A stretch of DNA of 54,752 nucleotides, taken from NCBI GenBank assembly GCA_049303435.1, contig JBAQNC010000078.1, positions 1-54,752 of the forward strand, in the 5' to 3' direction. Below, piece after piece: positions 1 through 9,194 of this stretch; within the stretch, counting starts at the first letter, position 1, and every line of letters begins with the position of its first letter. The notes under the pieces are model-generated. The model was given only the letters and a program-made list of their open reading frames with translations, searched no databases and had not been told where the DNA came from. The stretch comes from Parvibaculum sp. Lineage in GTDB: Bacteria; Pseudomonadota; Alphaproteobacteria; Parvibaculales; Parvibaculaceae. The position numbers were made by a program, and so were the translations under genes.

Positions 1-1
1 T

Positions 2-184
2 GTGGTGCGCAATCTCGTGCTGGTGGTTTGCTCGCTGCTGATCTCATGGCCGGTTGCGGTGCGGCCACTGGGATGGCTGGATTATTTCATCGCGGCATTG
101 GCGGCTGCAATGATGCTGGCGCTCTATACGGGTTTCAACACGCTGATGGCGAATCTGGCGGGGACGCAAAGGTTGAAAGATTGA
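2..184 (+). CDS. 3' end of a membrane protein, probably MauE/DoxX family (5'-truncated by window edge)
   Basis: Hydrophobic C-terminus VRNLVL...RPLGWLDYF...LYTGFNTLMAN resembles MauE-family C-termini; only about 60 aa visible. Confidence 0.5.
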   Translation: MVRNLVLVVCSLLISWPVAVRPLGWLDYFIAALAAAMMLALYTGFNTLMANLAGTQRLKD

Positions 185-189
185 GATAG

Positions 190-309
190 CCCTCCCCCTT
201 GAGGGGGGAGGGTTGGGAGGGGGTGTGCGGCGGAAGCTGAGTATGAGGCTTCACCCCCACCCTCCGCGCTATAGAAGCGCTCCTCCCTCCCCCCCTCAAA
301 GGGGGAGGG
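190..309. repeat. Alphaproteobacterial intergenic palindromic element (RIME/REP-like)
   Basis: Two imperfect G/C hairpins (190-212 and 285-309) in inverted arrangement, with inner complementary GGGGGTG/CACCCCC arms, between convergent genes. Confidence 0.75.
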
Positions 310-319
310 TAAGAGAAGA

Positions 320-1261
320 TCAACCAGCACTACATGACGCGCCGCCGAGGATGCAGAACTGGGCGCAGAAGCGGTGGTTGAGGGCGACGGGCCTCATGGC
401 TTCGGCGAGCGTTGCGCCCATCGAGAAATCGGCGTCATAGGGGAGCAACGTGCAGCTGACGACGCGGGGGGCATCCGCGCCCTTGTCCTTCACGACCATA
501 CGGGAATTAGCGCACATGACGTCGGCGGGCGACTTGCGAAGGATCGACCAGCATTGCTCCGTGATTTCAGGCGGGTCGCCGCGCGCATCCATCTCGGGGA
601 AGAGAACGAGGCGGGCAGGGTTTTCGACATCGAGCGTGATGCCGAGCCCGAGCAGGAGTTCGCCGAAGCCTGCCCGGGTTTCCTCGTCGTCCTCGCCCCA
701 TATGGTGCGACCGGCGAGCGAAATGTCGAAGCCATTGGCATAGAGCCATGAGAGACCGTCGAGCGTCGGCTGCCAACTGTTGGGGCCGCGCAATTCCTCA
801 TGCGTGGCTTGCGTATGGCCATCAAGCGAGACGCGGAGCGAAAGCTGGCCGGGGAAGCGCGACTGCAACTCCTCCAGCGCCGGTTTGGCGTGGTGCATGG
901 GCTTCATGGCGTTCGTCAGAATAAGAACACGAAAGCCAGCGGCGAGACTGTCTTCCACCATGCCGGTCATGTCGGGGTTCATGAAGGGCTCGCCGCCGGT
1001 GAAACCGATCTCGGTGGGAGGCTGCGCAAGCGCGGCGGCTTCATCGAGGAAGCCACGGACCTCGGCGCGGGTGAGATAGACGAGGCGGTCGTTCTTCGGG
1101 CTCGACTCGATGTAACAATTCTCGCAGGCGAGATTGCAGAGCGTGCCTGTGTTGAACCAGAGCGTGTCGAGCTTGAGGAAAGGCACCACGGCGCGGCGCG
1201 CGCCATCCGCCGTGATCTGCGGATGGGAAAACTTCCCGTTTACGATTTCGACCTGGTTCAT
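320..1261 (-). CDS. Radical SAM protein with Cys-rich C-terminus, function unknown
   Basis: CNLACENC (CxxxCxxC) and FTGGEP motifs; extra Cys in the C-terminus (HRFCAQFC...SCS); ATG at 1261 with a GAGGTG SD. Confidence 0.85.
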   Translation of the reverse strand: MNQVEIVNGKFSHPQITADGARRAVVPFLKLDTLWFNTGTLCNLACENCYIESSPKNDRLVYLTRAEVRGFLDEAAALAQPPTEIGFTGGEPFMNPDMTGMVEDSLAAGFRVLILTNAMKPMHHAKPALEELQSRFPGQLSLRVSLDGHTQATHEELRGPNSWQPTLDGLSWLYANGFDISLAGRTIWGEDDEETRAGFGELLLGLGITLDVENPARLVLFPEMDARGDPPEITEQCWSILRKSPADVMCANSRMVVKDKGADAPRVVSCTLLPYDADFSMGATLAEAMRPVALNHRFCAQFCILGGASCSAG

Positions 1262-1360
1262 CAATGCACCTCACCCTGCCATTCGCGGCGAACCCACGAA
1301 ATGTTACAGGTTGAGGGCCAATTCTAGCCTATGAGAGAAAGAATTCAGAGAAATCGAATT

Positions 1361-2773
1361 CTATCGGCCTCGACCGTGCTCCTCGGCATATTCGTCGTAG
1401 GTCAGGTCGCGCAGTTCCATGAGCGAGGCGTCGGTGCCCGGAATTTCGGTGCCGCGCAGCGAATGGCCTGCGGTCTCGACCACAAAGATCAGGGCGAAAG
1501 CGCCGATGACGCAGGAGCCCATCATGAGATAGGCCGGGACCATGGCGCTGCCTGTGCTGGCGACCAGCCAGTCGTTGACGGCGGGCGCGGTGCCGCCGAA
1601 GAGCGAGGTCGAGATGTTGTAGGCGATGGCGAAACCAGCGAAACGGACCTGCGTCGGGAACATGGCCGGGAAGGTCGCCGAGATGGTGGCGAGCTGCGGC
1701 ACATAGAGCAGGCCCATGAGGGCAAAGCCGACGATGGCGCCCATGAGGCTCGTCGCCATCAAATGATAGAGCGGGATCGCCATGACGAAGAGGCCGACGA
1801 GGGAAAACCACCACATGGGCTTGCGGCCGATCCTGTCGGACAGCGCGCCCGCCAGCGGCACGAAGACCATCATGAAGAGCATGCCGATGATGGGCACGAG
1901 CAGGGCCTCGTCGGTGGAGAGGCCAAGCTCGGTCGAAAAATACGTCGGCATGTAGCTCAGCAATGTGTAGTTGACGACATTGAGCGCGATGACGAGACCG
2001 CCGAGCGTGAAGACCGGCTTCCAATAGGTAAAAATCAGATCCTTGAATTCGCCACGGACTTCATGCTCCTGCATGTCGCGGCTTTCGATTTCCTGGAAGA
2101 CCGGTGTTTCTTCCATTTTGGAACGCAGATAGAGGCCGACGAAGCCCAAAGGGGCCGCCACGAGGAAAGGCAGACGCCAGCCCCAATCGTGCATGGCCTG
2201 CTCGCCAAGCCCATAGGAAAAGCCGAGCATCAGGAGCGCGCCGAGCGAGAAACCGCCCAGCGTGCCGAACTCGAGGAAGCTGCCGCAGAAACCACGTTTA
2301 TCATCCGGCGCATATTCGGCCATGAAGGTGGCCGCGCCGCCATATTCGCCGCCGGTGGAAAAGCCCTGAAGGAGGCGCAACATGATGAGCAGCAGCGTCG
2401 CCCAGATGCCGATGCTCTCATATGACGGGATGAGACCGATGCAGAAGGTGGAACCCGACATCAGGAGGATGGTGAGGGCCAGCACCGTCTTGCGACCGAG
2501 CCTGTCACCCAGCGGCCCCCAGAAGATGCCGCCGAAGGGGCGCACCAGAAAGGAGATGGCGAAAGTCGCCAGCGCGAAAAGCGTCGCCTCCTGCGCGCTG
2601 CCGGGAAAGAGCGCGCGCGAGATATAGGCGACGCCATAGGCATAGATGCCATAGTCGAACCATTCGGTGGCATTACCGATGGAGGAAGCGGCGATGGCGC
2701 GGGGCAGAACGCCCGGAGCCGTTGCGCCCGCTTCGCCCGGTGCGGCTTGTGGATTTGCTGTCGTGTTTGCCAT
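1361..2773 (-). CDS. proP: MFS metabolite:H+ symporter, ProP-like compatible-solute transporter
   Basis: IGNATEWFDYGIY, GDRLGRK, RLLQGFSTGGEYGGAATF motifs; directly downstream of ask in the ect operon. Confidence 0.8.
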   Translation of the reverse strand: MANTTANPQAAPGEAGATAPGVLPRAIAASSIGNATEWFDYGIYAYGVAYISRALFPGSAQEATLFALATFAISFLVRPFGGIFWGPLGDRLGRKTVLALTILLMSGSTFCIGLIPSYESIGIWATLLLIMLRLLQGFSTGGEYGGAATFMAEYAPDDKRGFCGSFLEFGTLGGFSLGALLMLGFSYGLGEQAMHDWGWRLPFLVAAPLGFVGLYLRSKMEETPVFQEIESRDMQEHEVRGEFKDLIFTYWKPVFTLGGLVIALNVVNYTLLSYMPTYFSTELGLSTDEALLVPIIGMLFMMVFVPLAGALSDRIGRKPMWWFSLVGLFVMAIPLYHLMATSLMGAIVGFALMGLLYVPQLATISATFPAMFPTQVRFAGFAIAYNISTSLFGGTAPAVNDWLVASTGSAMVPAYLMMGSCVIGAFALIFVVETAGHSLRGTEIPGTDASLMELRDLTYDEYAEEHGRGR

Positions 2774-2809
2774 GTCGTTTGTGCCCCGTTCCCCTCATAT
2801 CGCGCCCTG

Positions 2810-4252
2810 TCAGGCAGCGACGCATTCATGTTGTTTTGGTTCTTCCGAGAGGATCAGCGTGTCATGCAAGACGCGCACGCAGGCGTCGAAGTCTTTCGGG
2901 TCGATGATGAGCTGCACATCGACATTGCGGATCTGGTATTGCAGCCCCATGACCTCGATACCCGCCTCGTGCAGCGCGCCCAGCGCTTCGGCGACGAGGC
3001 CGGGACGCGAGATGTCGCTGCCGATGATCGAGACCATCGCCACTTTCTGACCCGTGACCGAGGCATTGCCGAATTGCTCCTCGAGGTCGGAGATGATCCC
3101 GCGCATCTGGACGGGCTTGGCCGCCAGATAATGCGTGATGGTATTGGCGTTGGAGGATTTGGACACGATCCATGCCTTGTGGCGCGCAAGGATTTCGAGA
3201 ATGGCGGCATCGAAGCCTTTGACACCGACCATGTCCTGCTCGAAGAATTGCAAGGCCGATACGGAGCGCATGCCGGTGATGATCTCGACGCGCGGCTCGT
3301 CCGACACATAGTCGCCGCAAATCAGCGTGCCGCCGTCTTCGCGATCGAAAGTGTTGCGGACGCGCAGCGCAATGTCGGCCTGACGCAGGCCCTTGCCGGC
3401 GCCCGGATGGATCGCTTCCATGCCGAGATTGGCAAGCTGGTCGGCGACGTCGTAATTGGTGCGACCGATCTTGCGCGCATTCTCCGGGCCGACGAGACGC
3501 GGGTCGGCGCTCGAAAGATGGAATTCCTTGTGGATGATCGCTTCGCACGCTTCCGAGAGAACAGCAAGGCGAGAGAAGATGATTTCCGAATAGCCGCGAT
3601 CATAACGGCGCACGGTGCCTTCCTTCGAGGCGGCATAGCCGGTGATGATGGGCAGCGTGTTCTCGACGTCGATGGTTTTCAGCGCTTCGAGGATACGCTC
3701 GTCCAGCGTCGGCTTGTCGCTGTCGCCCCAGCCGGTTAGATCGACAAAGACGGCATTGACGCCGCGATCGCGCAGCAGAAGCGCGGTCGAATGGGCGCTA
3801 TGGGCCTCGCCCAACCCTGAAAGCATTTCGCGCACGGTCGACAGCGCGTCGGTCAGCAGGAACTGGCCGTGGGCGCGCAGACGGTCAAGGTCTTCAAGGC
3901 AGATGCGCATGCCGTCGATGCGTTCATCGACGAAGGCATTGGCTTGGGCAAGACTTTCCGACTTTGTAAACATGTTGGCGTTGCGCGACTGCATGGCGGC
4001 GCGCACAGCCTCAAGGGCTTCCGGCCAGGGCGCATCGGCCTCGTCGGAAGTGAAATGAGCAAAGACGCCGGGCTCGCCCGTCTTCTTGTGATCGAGCAGC
4101 AGGTCGGTGATGCCCGCATAGGCGGAGACGACGAACATGCGGCGATAAAGATCAGGGCCCTTGTGGCCGGCGATCAAAACATTGTCGAAAACGGTTTTGG
4201 TTGCCGCCATCGAGGTGCCGCCGATTTTCTCGACGCTATGTCCGGTGGTCAT
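2810..4252 (-). CDS. ask: Ectoine-associated aspartate kinase (Ask_Ect)
   Basis: VEKIGGTSM, FVVSAYAGITDLLL, DRGYSE, HKEFHLSSADP motifs; follows ectC. Confidence 0.93.
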   Translation of the reverse strand: MTTGHSVEKIGGTSMAATKTVFDNVLIAGHKGPDLYRRMFVVSAYAGITDLLLDHKKTGEPGVFAHFTSDEADAPWPEALEAVRAAMQSRNANMFTKSESLAQANAFVDERIDGMRICLEDLDRLRAHGQFLLTDALSTVREMLSGLGEAHSAHSTALLLRDRGVNAVFVDLTGWGDSDKPTLDERILEALKTIDVENTLPIITGYAASKEGTVRRYDRGYSEIIFSRLAVLSEACEAIIHKEFHLSSADPRLVGPENARKIGRTNYDVADQLANLGMEAIHPGAGKGLRQADIALRVRNTFDREDGGTLICGDYVSDEPRVEIITGMRSVSALQFFEQDMVGVKGFDAAILEILARHKAWIVSKSSNANTITHYLAAKPVQMRGIISDLEEQFGNASVTGQKVAMVSIIGSDISRPGLVAEALGALHEAGIEVMGLQYQIRNVDVQLIIDPKDFDACVRVLHDTLILSEEPKQHECVAA

Positions 4253-4281
4253 GAGGTACTCTCTCGTATGCGGGAACAGGA

Positions 4282-4686
4282 TCAGCTGGCGAGTTTGGCT
4301 GCTTCGGGGTCTGCCGGATAAGCGCCCGTCTCGTCATGCACTTCATTGCCGATAACGGGCGGATTGAAGACACAGGCCGTGATGATATTCGTCCTTGGCC
4401 GGACGATATGCTTGTCATGGGCATTGAGCGCATAGAGCGTGCCGGGCGCCAGCTCGTGCGTTTCGCCGGCGCCAAGGTCTTCGATAGTACCCTCACCCGA
4501 AATCACAAAAACCGCCTCAAGGTGGTTCTTGTAATGCATGTGGATTTCCTGCCCCGCATAAAGCGTGGTGATGTGGAAGGAAAAGCCCATCTCATCGCCC
4601 TTCAGGAGAACGCGGGCGCTTTCCCACTGGTTGGTGACGATGTTCTTGTCGGAATTGCGGATTTCGTCGAGTTTACGGATAAGCAA
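4282..4686 (-). CDS. ectC: Ectoine synthase
   Basis: [46 protein letters not shown] motifs; TTG start at 4686 behind an AAGGA SD. Confidence 0.95.
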   Translation of the reverse strand: MLIRKLDEIRNSDKNIVTNQWESARVLLKGDEMGFSFHITTLYAGQEIHMHYKNHLEAVFVISGEGTIEDLGAGETHELAPGTLYALNAHDKHIVRPRTNIITACVFNPPVIGNEVHDETGAYPADPEAAKLAS

Positions 4687-4697
4687 TGGATATTCCT

Positions 4698-6020
4698 TTA
4701 GTCGGCGGCAACATTGAAAGCGGGGGCGAGCGCGAGGTTCACGCATTCCTCGAGAATATCGAGGCCCCTGGCAAAAACGTCTTCTTCGATGGTGAGAGGG
4801 GCAAGCACCTTGACGATCTCATCGTAAGCGCCGCTGGTCTCGATGATGAGGCCGCGATCGAAGGCGGCGCTGGTGACGCGTTTGGCGGCCTCGCCCGTCT
4901 TCATGTCGATGCCCCGCATCATGCCGCGACCGCGCGTGGTCAGACCATGTCGCCCGGCCATGCGGCTCAAGCGCATTTCCAGATAGTCGCCGCGACGCTT
5001 GACGTCCTTCTGAAAATCGTCGGTGCTCCAGAAATGGCGGAGCGCGGCGGTGGCGGTGACGAAGGCATGGTTGTTACCGCGGAAAGTGCCGTTGTGCTCG
5101 CCGGGCTTCCACACGTCGAGCTCGGGACGGAACAATGTCAGCGCGAAAGGCAGGCCCATGCCGGAGAGCGATTTGGCCAGCGTCACGATGTCGGGCTTGA
5201 TGCCCGCTTCCTCGAAGGAAAAGAAACCGCCGGTGCGACCTAGGCCCGCCTGAATGTCATCGACGATCAGCAGCGCGCCGTGGCGCCTGGCGATATCGGC
5301 GATGGCGCGCAGCCATTCGGGCGACACAGTGTTGAGACCGCCTTCGCCCTGCGTCGTCTCCACGATGATGGCGGCGGGCTTGTCCAGACCGCTGGAAGGA
5401 TCGGTCAGACGCTGGTCGAGCAATTCGGCGGTGTTCACATTATCGCCGAAATAACCGTCATAGGGCTCATGGACGACATGATTGAGTGGCACGCCAGCGC
5501 CAGCGCGCTTGCCCTCGTTGCCCGTGCAGGCGAGCGAGCCGAGCGTCATGCCGTGAAAACCGTTGGTGAAGGAGATGATCTGTTCGCGGCCCGTGACCTT
5601 GCGGGCGAGCTTCAGCGCCGCTTCGACGGCGTTTGTGCCCGTGGGGCCGGTGAACATGACGCGATAGTCGAGCCCGCGCGGCTTGAAGATGATGCTTTCA
5701 AGCGCCTCAAGGAACTCGGCCTTGGCGTCGGTGTGCATGTCGAGGCCATGCGTGATGCCGTCAGCCATGATGTAGTCCACGAGCGCCTGCTTGAGGATCG
5801 GGTGGTTGTGGCCGTAGTTCAGCGTCGAACAGCCCGACAGGAAGTCGAGGTAGCGACCGCCATCGTCGTCATAGAGCCAGACGCCTTCGGCGCGATTGAA
5901 CTGACGCGGCATGGCGCGGCAATAGGAGCGGACTTTCGATTCCATACGCTCGTAAATGTCCATGTCCGGTTCGAGTTTGCTCGGATCAGGATTGGGGCTC
6001 GGTTTAGGTTCGATGGTCAT
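4698..6020 (-). CDS. ectB: Diaminobutyrate-2-oxoglutarate transaminase
   Basis: [39 protein letters not shown]-lysine in [18 protein letters not shown]. Confidence 0.96.
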   Translation of the reverse strand: MTIEPKPSPNPDPSKLEPDMDIYERMESKVRSYCRAMPRQFNRAEGVWLYDDDGGRYLDFLSGCSTLNYGHNHPILKQALVDYIMADGITHGLDMHTDAKAEFLEALESIIFKPRGLDYRVMFTGPTGTNAVEAALKLARKVTGREQIISFTNGFHGMTLGSLACTGNEGKRAGAGVPLNHVVHEPYDGYFGDNVNTAELLDQRLTDPSSGLDKPAAIIVETTQGEGGLNTVSPEWLRAIADIARRHGALLIVDDIQAGLGRTGGFFSFEEAGIKPDIVTLAKSLSGMGLPFALTLFRPELDVWKPGEHNGTFRGNNHAFVTATAALRHFWSTDDFQKDVKRRGDYLEMRLSRMAGRHGLTTRGRGMMRGIDMKTGEAAKRVTSAAFDRGLIIETSGAYDEIVKVLAPLTIEEDVFARGLDILEECVNLALAPAFNVAAD

Positions 6021-6640
6021 ACTGCCTCCATTGTGGCCGTAGTGGCCTCGTCTGTTGTGTGTGCGGGCGCTGTATCGAGCGGCTCGATGGTGACGAGAAA
6101 CTCAGTGTCATGCGCACCGGCGAAATGGGCGTCGCGCTCGAAATGCGGACGCTTGTGAAGAGTAGCGCCCTGATGGCGCGCGAAAGAGCCGAAGAGGCCC
6201 CATGAGGCGTCATTCGCCTCGGTGATGGTCGTTGTCAGCCTGGTCACGCCCTGAAAGGCGGGGCGGGCAAGCAATGCCTCAAGCATGCGGCGGGCGAGAC
6301 TCATGCCCCGGGCGCTCTCATGCACGGCGACCTGCCAGACGAAAAGCTCGTCGGGGGCTGCGGGCGGGCGATAGGCGGAAATCCAACCGGCAAGCTGAAA
6401 CCCGCCTTCGGTCTCAAGCTCAGCCAATACGCAGGTATCGGCGAAATGGCTGCATTGCAGGAGATTGCAATAGGCCGAGTTGGTATCCAGCGGCGGACAG
6501 GCGGCGATGAGCGCGGTCACTGACGGACCGTCCTCAGGTGCGGGCTTTCTGAAGCGGATGTTATTTTCCGAGTTATGACCCGATTTTGCCGCTTTTCCCC
6601 TATTTCCCGAACCAGTACCGTCTTGACGGTGAATAGAAAT
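6017..6640 (-). CDS. ectA: Diaminobutyrate acetyltransferase (start uncertain: ATT at 6640 or ATG at 6724)
   Basis: CPPLDTNSAYCNLLQC.HFADT, LFVWQVAV, TTITEAN.ASW.LF, HDTE motifs; stop overlaps the ectB start (ATGA). Confidence 0.92.
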   Translation of the reverse strand: MSIHRQDGTGSGNRGKAAKSGHNSENNIRFRKPAPEDGPSVTALIAACPPLDTNSAYCNLLQCSHFADTCVLAELETEGGFQLAGWISAYRPPAAPDELFVWQVAVHESARGMSLARRMLEALLARPAFQGVTRLTTTITEANDASWGLFGSFARHQGATLHKRPHFERDAHFAGAHDTEFLVTIEPLDTAPAHTTDEATTATMEAV

Positions 6641-6660
6641 TATTTCGTCCTCCGAAGTAA
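6640..6660. promoter_or_regulatory. Candidate EctR operator 1
   Basis: TTATTTCG-TCCTC-CGAAGTAA imperfect inverted repeat between ectA and ectR. Confidence 0.55.
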
Positions 6661-6760
6661 TTTTAGTCGGGCGCAGGTGTGAACTGCCTGAATGCTGGGC
6701 AAGATATAAGGGAAATGTGTCCATTTTTCAAGCGAAAGGCAGAAATCCGCCATTTTCGGG

Positions 6761-6791
6761 GAGAAAATACTTCGGAAATGGAAGTTTTCTC
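6761..6791. promoter_or_regulatory. Candidate EctR operator 2
   Basis: GAGAAAATACTTCG-GAAAT-GGAAGTTTTCTC; same ACTTCG-N5-(C/G)GAA(G/A)T core as operator 1. Confidence 0.5.
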
Positions 6792-6807
6792 CTTCATTTA
6801 ATCCGTC

Positions 6808-7329
6808 TTGGCGGAACCCGCCCAAAAGGCTAGTGATGATCTTATGGACAGGCAGATCACAGACCAGACGTTGCGGGCGCTCAGGCGTATCCTGCGGGCG
6901 ACCGACCAAGGCGGGCGAAAGCTTGCGGCTGCGACGGGTCTCACCCCCTCGCAGCTCATGGTCCTGCAGCAGATCGAGCGGCATGACGCGCTGACGCCAA
7001 GCGCCGTCGCGAGCCAGCTCAAGTTCGGTCAGGCGACTGTCACCAATATCGTCGACCGGCTGGAAAAGGCGGGGATGGCGACGCGCCAACGCGGCGAGCG
7101 CGACAAACGGCAGGTGCATCTGCATCTGACGGAAACGGGCAAGGCCGTGCTCGACAGCGCGCCGGATCTCCTGCAGGAACGTTTCCGCGACGGGTTCGAA
7201 GGATTGCCGGGTTGGGAACAGGCGATGATCCTCGCCGCGCTGGAACGGCTCGGCCATTTGCTTGATGCCGATAACATAGACGCCGCGCCGCTGATCGATG
7301 CCGGCGTCATCGACCGCACCCTAGACTGA
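6808..7329 (+). CDS. ectR: MarR-family regulator of ectoine genes (alternative start ATG 6844)
   Basis: LRALRRILRA, GLTPSQL, QATVTNIVDRLE, DKRQVHL.LT, WEQAMILAALER; divergent from ectA. Confidence 0.88.
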   Translation: MAEPAQKASDDLMDRQITDQTLRALRRILRATDQGGRKLAAATGLTPSQLMVLQQIERHDALTPSAVASQLKFGQATVTNIVDRLEKAGMATRQRGERDKRQVHLHLTETGKAVLDSAPDLLQERFRDGFEGLPGWEQAMILAALERLGHLLDADNIDAAPLIDAGVIDRTLD

Positions 7330-7385
7330 ATCATTGTTTCGCAGATGAGTGCGTATCCTTCTCCCCTCGCCAATCAAGGTGCGCC

Positions 7386-9161
7386 ATGACGGCACAACAG
7401 GCCATCGCCTTCGCCATTCTCGGCCTCACTCTCGGCATGTTCGTCTGGGATCGCTGGCGCTATGACATTGTCGCCATGGGCGCGCTGCTCGCCGTGACGC
7501 TGACGGGACTGGCGCCGACAGGCGACGCCTTCAAGGGCTTTGCCCATCCCGCCGTCATCACGGTGGCCGCCGTGCTCGTCATCAGCCGGGGCCTGCAGAA
7601 TGCGGGACTGGTGGAACTGGTGGTCAAGGCCATCGGGCCGCTGCGGGGCCGGGAAAATCTGCAACTTGCCGCGCAATGTATCGTCATCGCAGTCCTGTCG
7701 AGCTTCATGAACAATGTGGGCGCGCTGGCGCTGATGCTGCCGGTGGCCATGCGCAACGCCTATCGCGACGGCTATCCGCCGTCGAAGACGCTGATGCCGC
7801 TGGCCTTCGCCTCGCTGCTGGGCGGGCTCACCACGCTGATCGGCACGCCGCCCAATATCATCATTGCGAGCTTCCGCGCCCAACAGACAGGCCATGCCTT
7901 CGCCATGTTCGACTTCACGCCCGTCGGTCTGGCCGTGGCGCTGGTCGGCCTTGTGTTTCTGGTTTTCATCGGCTGGCGTTTGCTGCCGAGCGGCGAACGC
8001 AAGAGCAGCACGGGCCCCGCTTTCGAAATTGAAGGCTACATCACGGAAGCAGAAATTCCCGAAGGCGCCAAGGCTGTCGGCATGACGGTCTATGAACTGG
8101 AAAAACTCGCCGACGACGACGTGATCATCGCAGGCATCATCCATGACGATCAGCGCCGCCTTGTACCTACGGGCTATCAACGCCTGCGCGAGGGCGACAT
8201 CCTCGTGCTGCGCGGCGACACGGAAGCGCTGAAATCCATGATCGACGGCGGCGGGTTGAAACTTGTCGGCGACCAGAAATTTGGCCGCGATGAGTTGAAG
8301 TCGGACGAGATCGATCTGGTGGAAGCGGTGATCAACCCGGATTCGATCCTGATCGGGCGCACGGCAAAGACGTCAAGGCTGCGCACGGTGCATGGCGTCA
8401 ACCTGCTCGCCGTGGCGCGACAGGGCAAGCGCATCGCCGAGCGCATTGGGGAAGTGACGTTTCACGCGGGCGATGTGGTGCTGCTGCAAGGTCCCGGCAA
8501 TGCGATGGCCGATATTCTGGCGACGCTGGAATGCCTGCCGCTGGCCGAGCGCTCGATCAGCATCGGGCGACAGCGGCGATTGCTGCTGGCGGGCGTGATA
8601 TTCGCGATCGCCGTCGCAGCGGTGATCACGGGATTTGTGCCTGTGCAGGTCGCCTTTGTTAGCGCAGCGGCGGGTTTTGTCGTCACCAATATCGTGCGGC
8701 CGACGGAGGTCTATCAGACCATCGACTGGCCGGTGATCGTATTGCTGGCGGCCATGTTTCCTGTGGGCGGCGCGCTGGAGGCGACGGGTGCGACGGATCT
8801 CATTGCAAGCTGGATCCTCAATTTCACGCAAGGGGTGGGACCGGGCTGGGTGGTGCTCATATTGCTCGTCTCGACCATGTTCATTTCCGACGTGATCAAC
8901 AATAATGCGACGGCGGTGCTGATGGCGCCCATCGCGATTACGCTGGCTGACCGGCTGCATACAAATTCCGACCCCTTCCTGATGGCGGTGGCGATCGGCG
9001 CGTCATGCGCCTTCCTCACACCTATCGGACACCAGTCGAACACGCTGGTGATGGAGCCCGGCGGCTATCGCTTTTCGGACTATTGGCGCGTCGGGTTGCC
9101 ACTCGAATTCGTCATTGTGGCGGTGGCGATGCCCATGATCCTGTGGGTCTGGCCGCTCTGA
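7386..9161 (+). CDS. SLC13/CitMHS-type permease with two TrkA-C (RCK_C) domains
   Basis: SSFMNNVGA, TLIGTPPN, INNNATA, AFLTPIGHQSN..VM.PGGYRFSDY motifs; hydrophilic central tandem domains. Confidence 0.88.
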   Translation: MTAQQAIAFAILGLTLGMFVWDRWRYDIVAMGALLAVTLTGLAPTGDAFKGFAHPAVITVAAVLVISRGLQNAGLVELVVKAIGPLRGRENLQLAAQCIVIAVLSSFMNNVGALALMLPVAMRNAYRDGYPPSKTLMPLAFASLLGGLTTLIGTPPNIIIASFRAQQTGHAFAMFDFTPVGLAVALVGLVFLVFIGWRLLPSGERKSSTGPAFEIEGYITEAEIPEGAKAVGMTVYELEKLADDDVIIAGIIHDDQRRLVPTGYQRLREGDILVLRGDTEALKSMIDGGGLKLVGDQKFGRDELKSDEIDLVEAVINPDSILIGRTAKTSRLRTVHGVNLLAVARQGKRIAERIGEVTFHAGDVVLLQGPGNAMADILATLECLPLAERSISIGRQRRLLLAGVIFAIAVAAVITGFVPVQVAFVSAAAGFVVTNIVRPTEVYQTIDWPVIVLLAAMFPVGGALEATGATDLIASWILNFTQGVGPGWVVLILLVSTMFISDVINNNATAVLMAPIAITLADRLHTNSDPFLMAVAIGASCAFLTPIGHQSNTLVMEPGGYRFSDYWRVGLPLEFVIVAVAMPMILWVWPL

Positions 9162-9194
9162 GCGAAAGACGCGACATCATTAGCCTCGCCATTC

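Noticed and set aside
1331..2425. 364-aa plus-strand ORF
   Set aside because: Antisense shadow of the MFS transporter; no motifs; typical of high-GC codon bias.
4687..4746. N-terminal extension of ectC in the ORF track
   Set aside because: Overlaps ectB; the TTG at 4686 has an SD and gives the usual EctC length.
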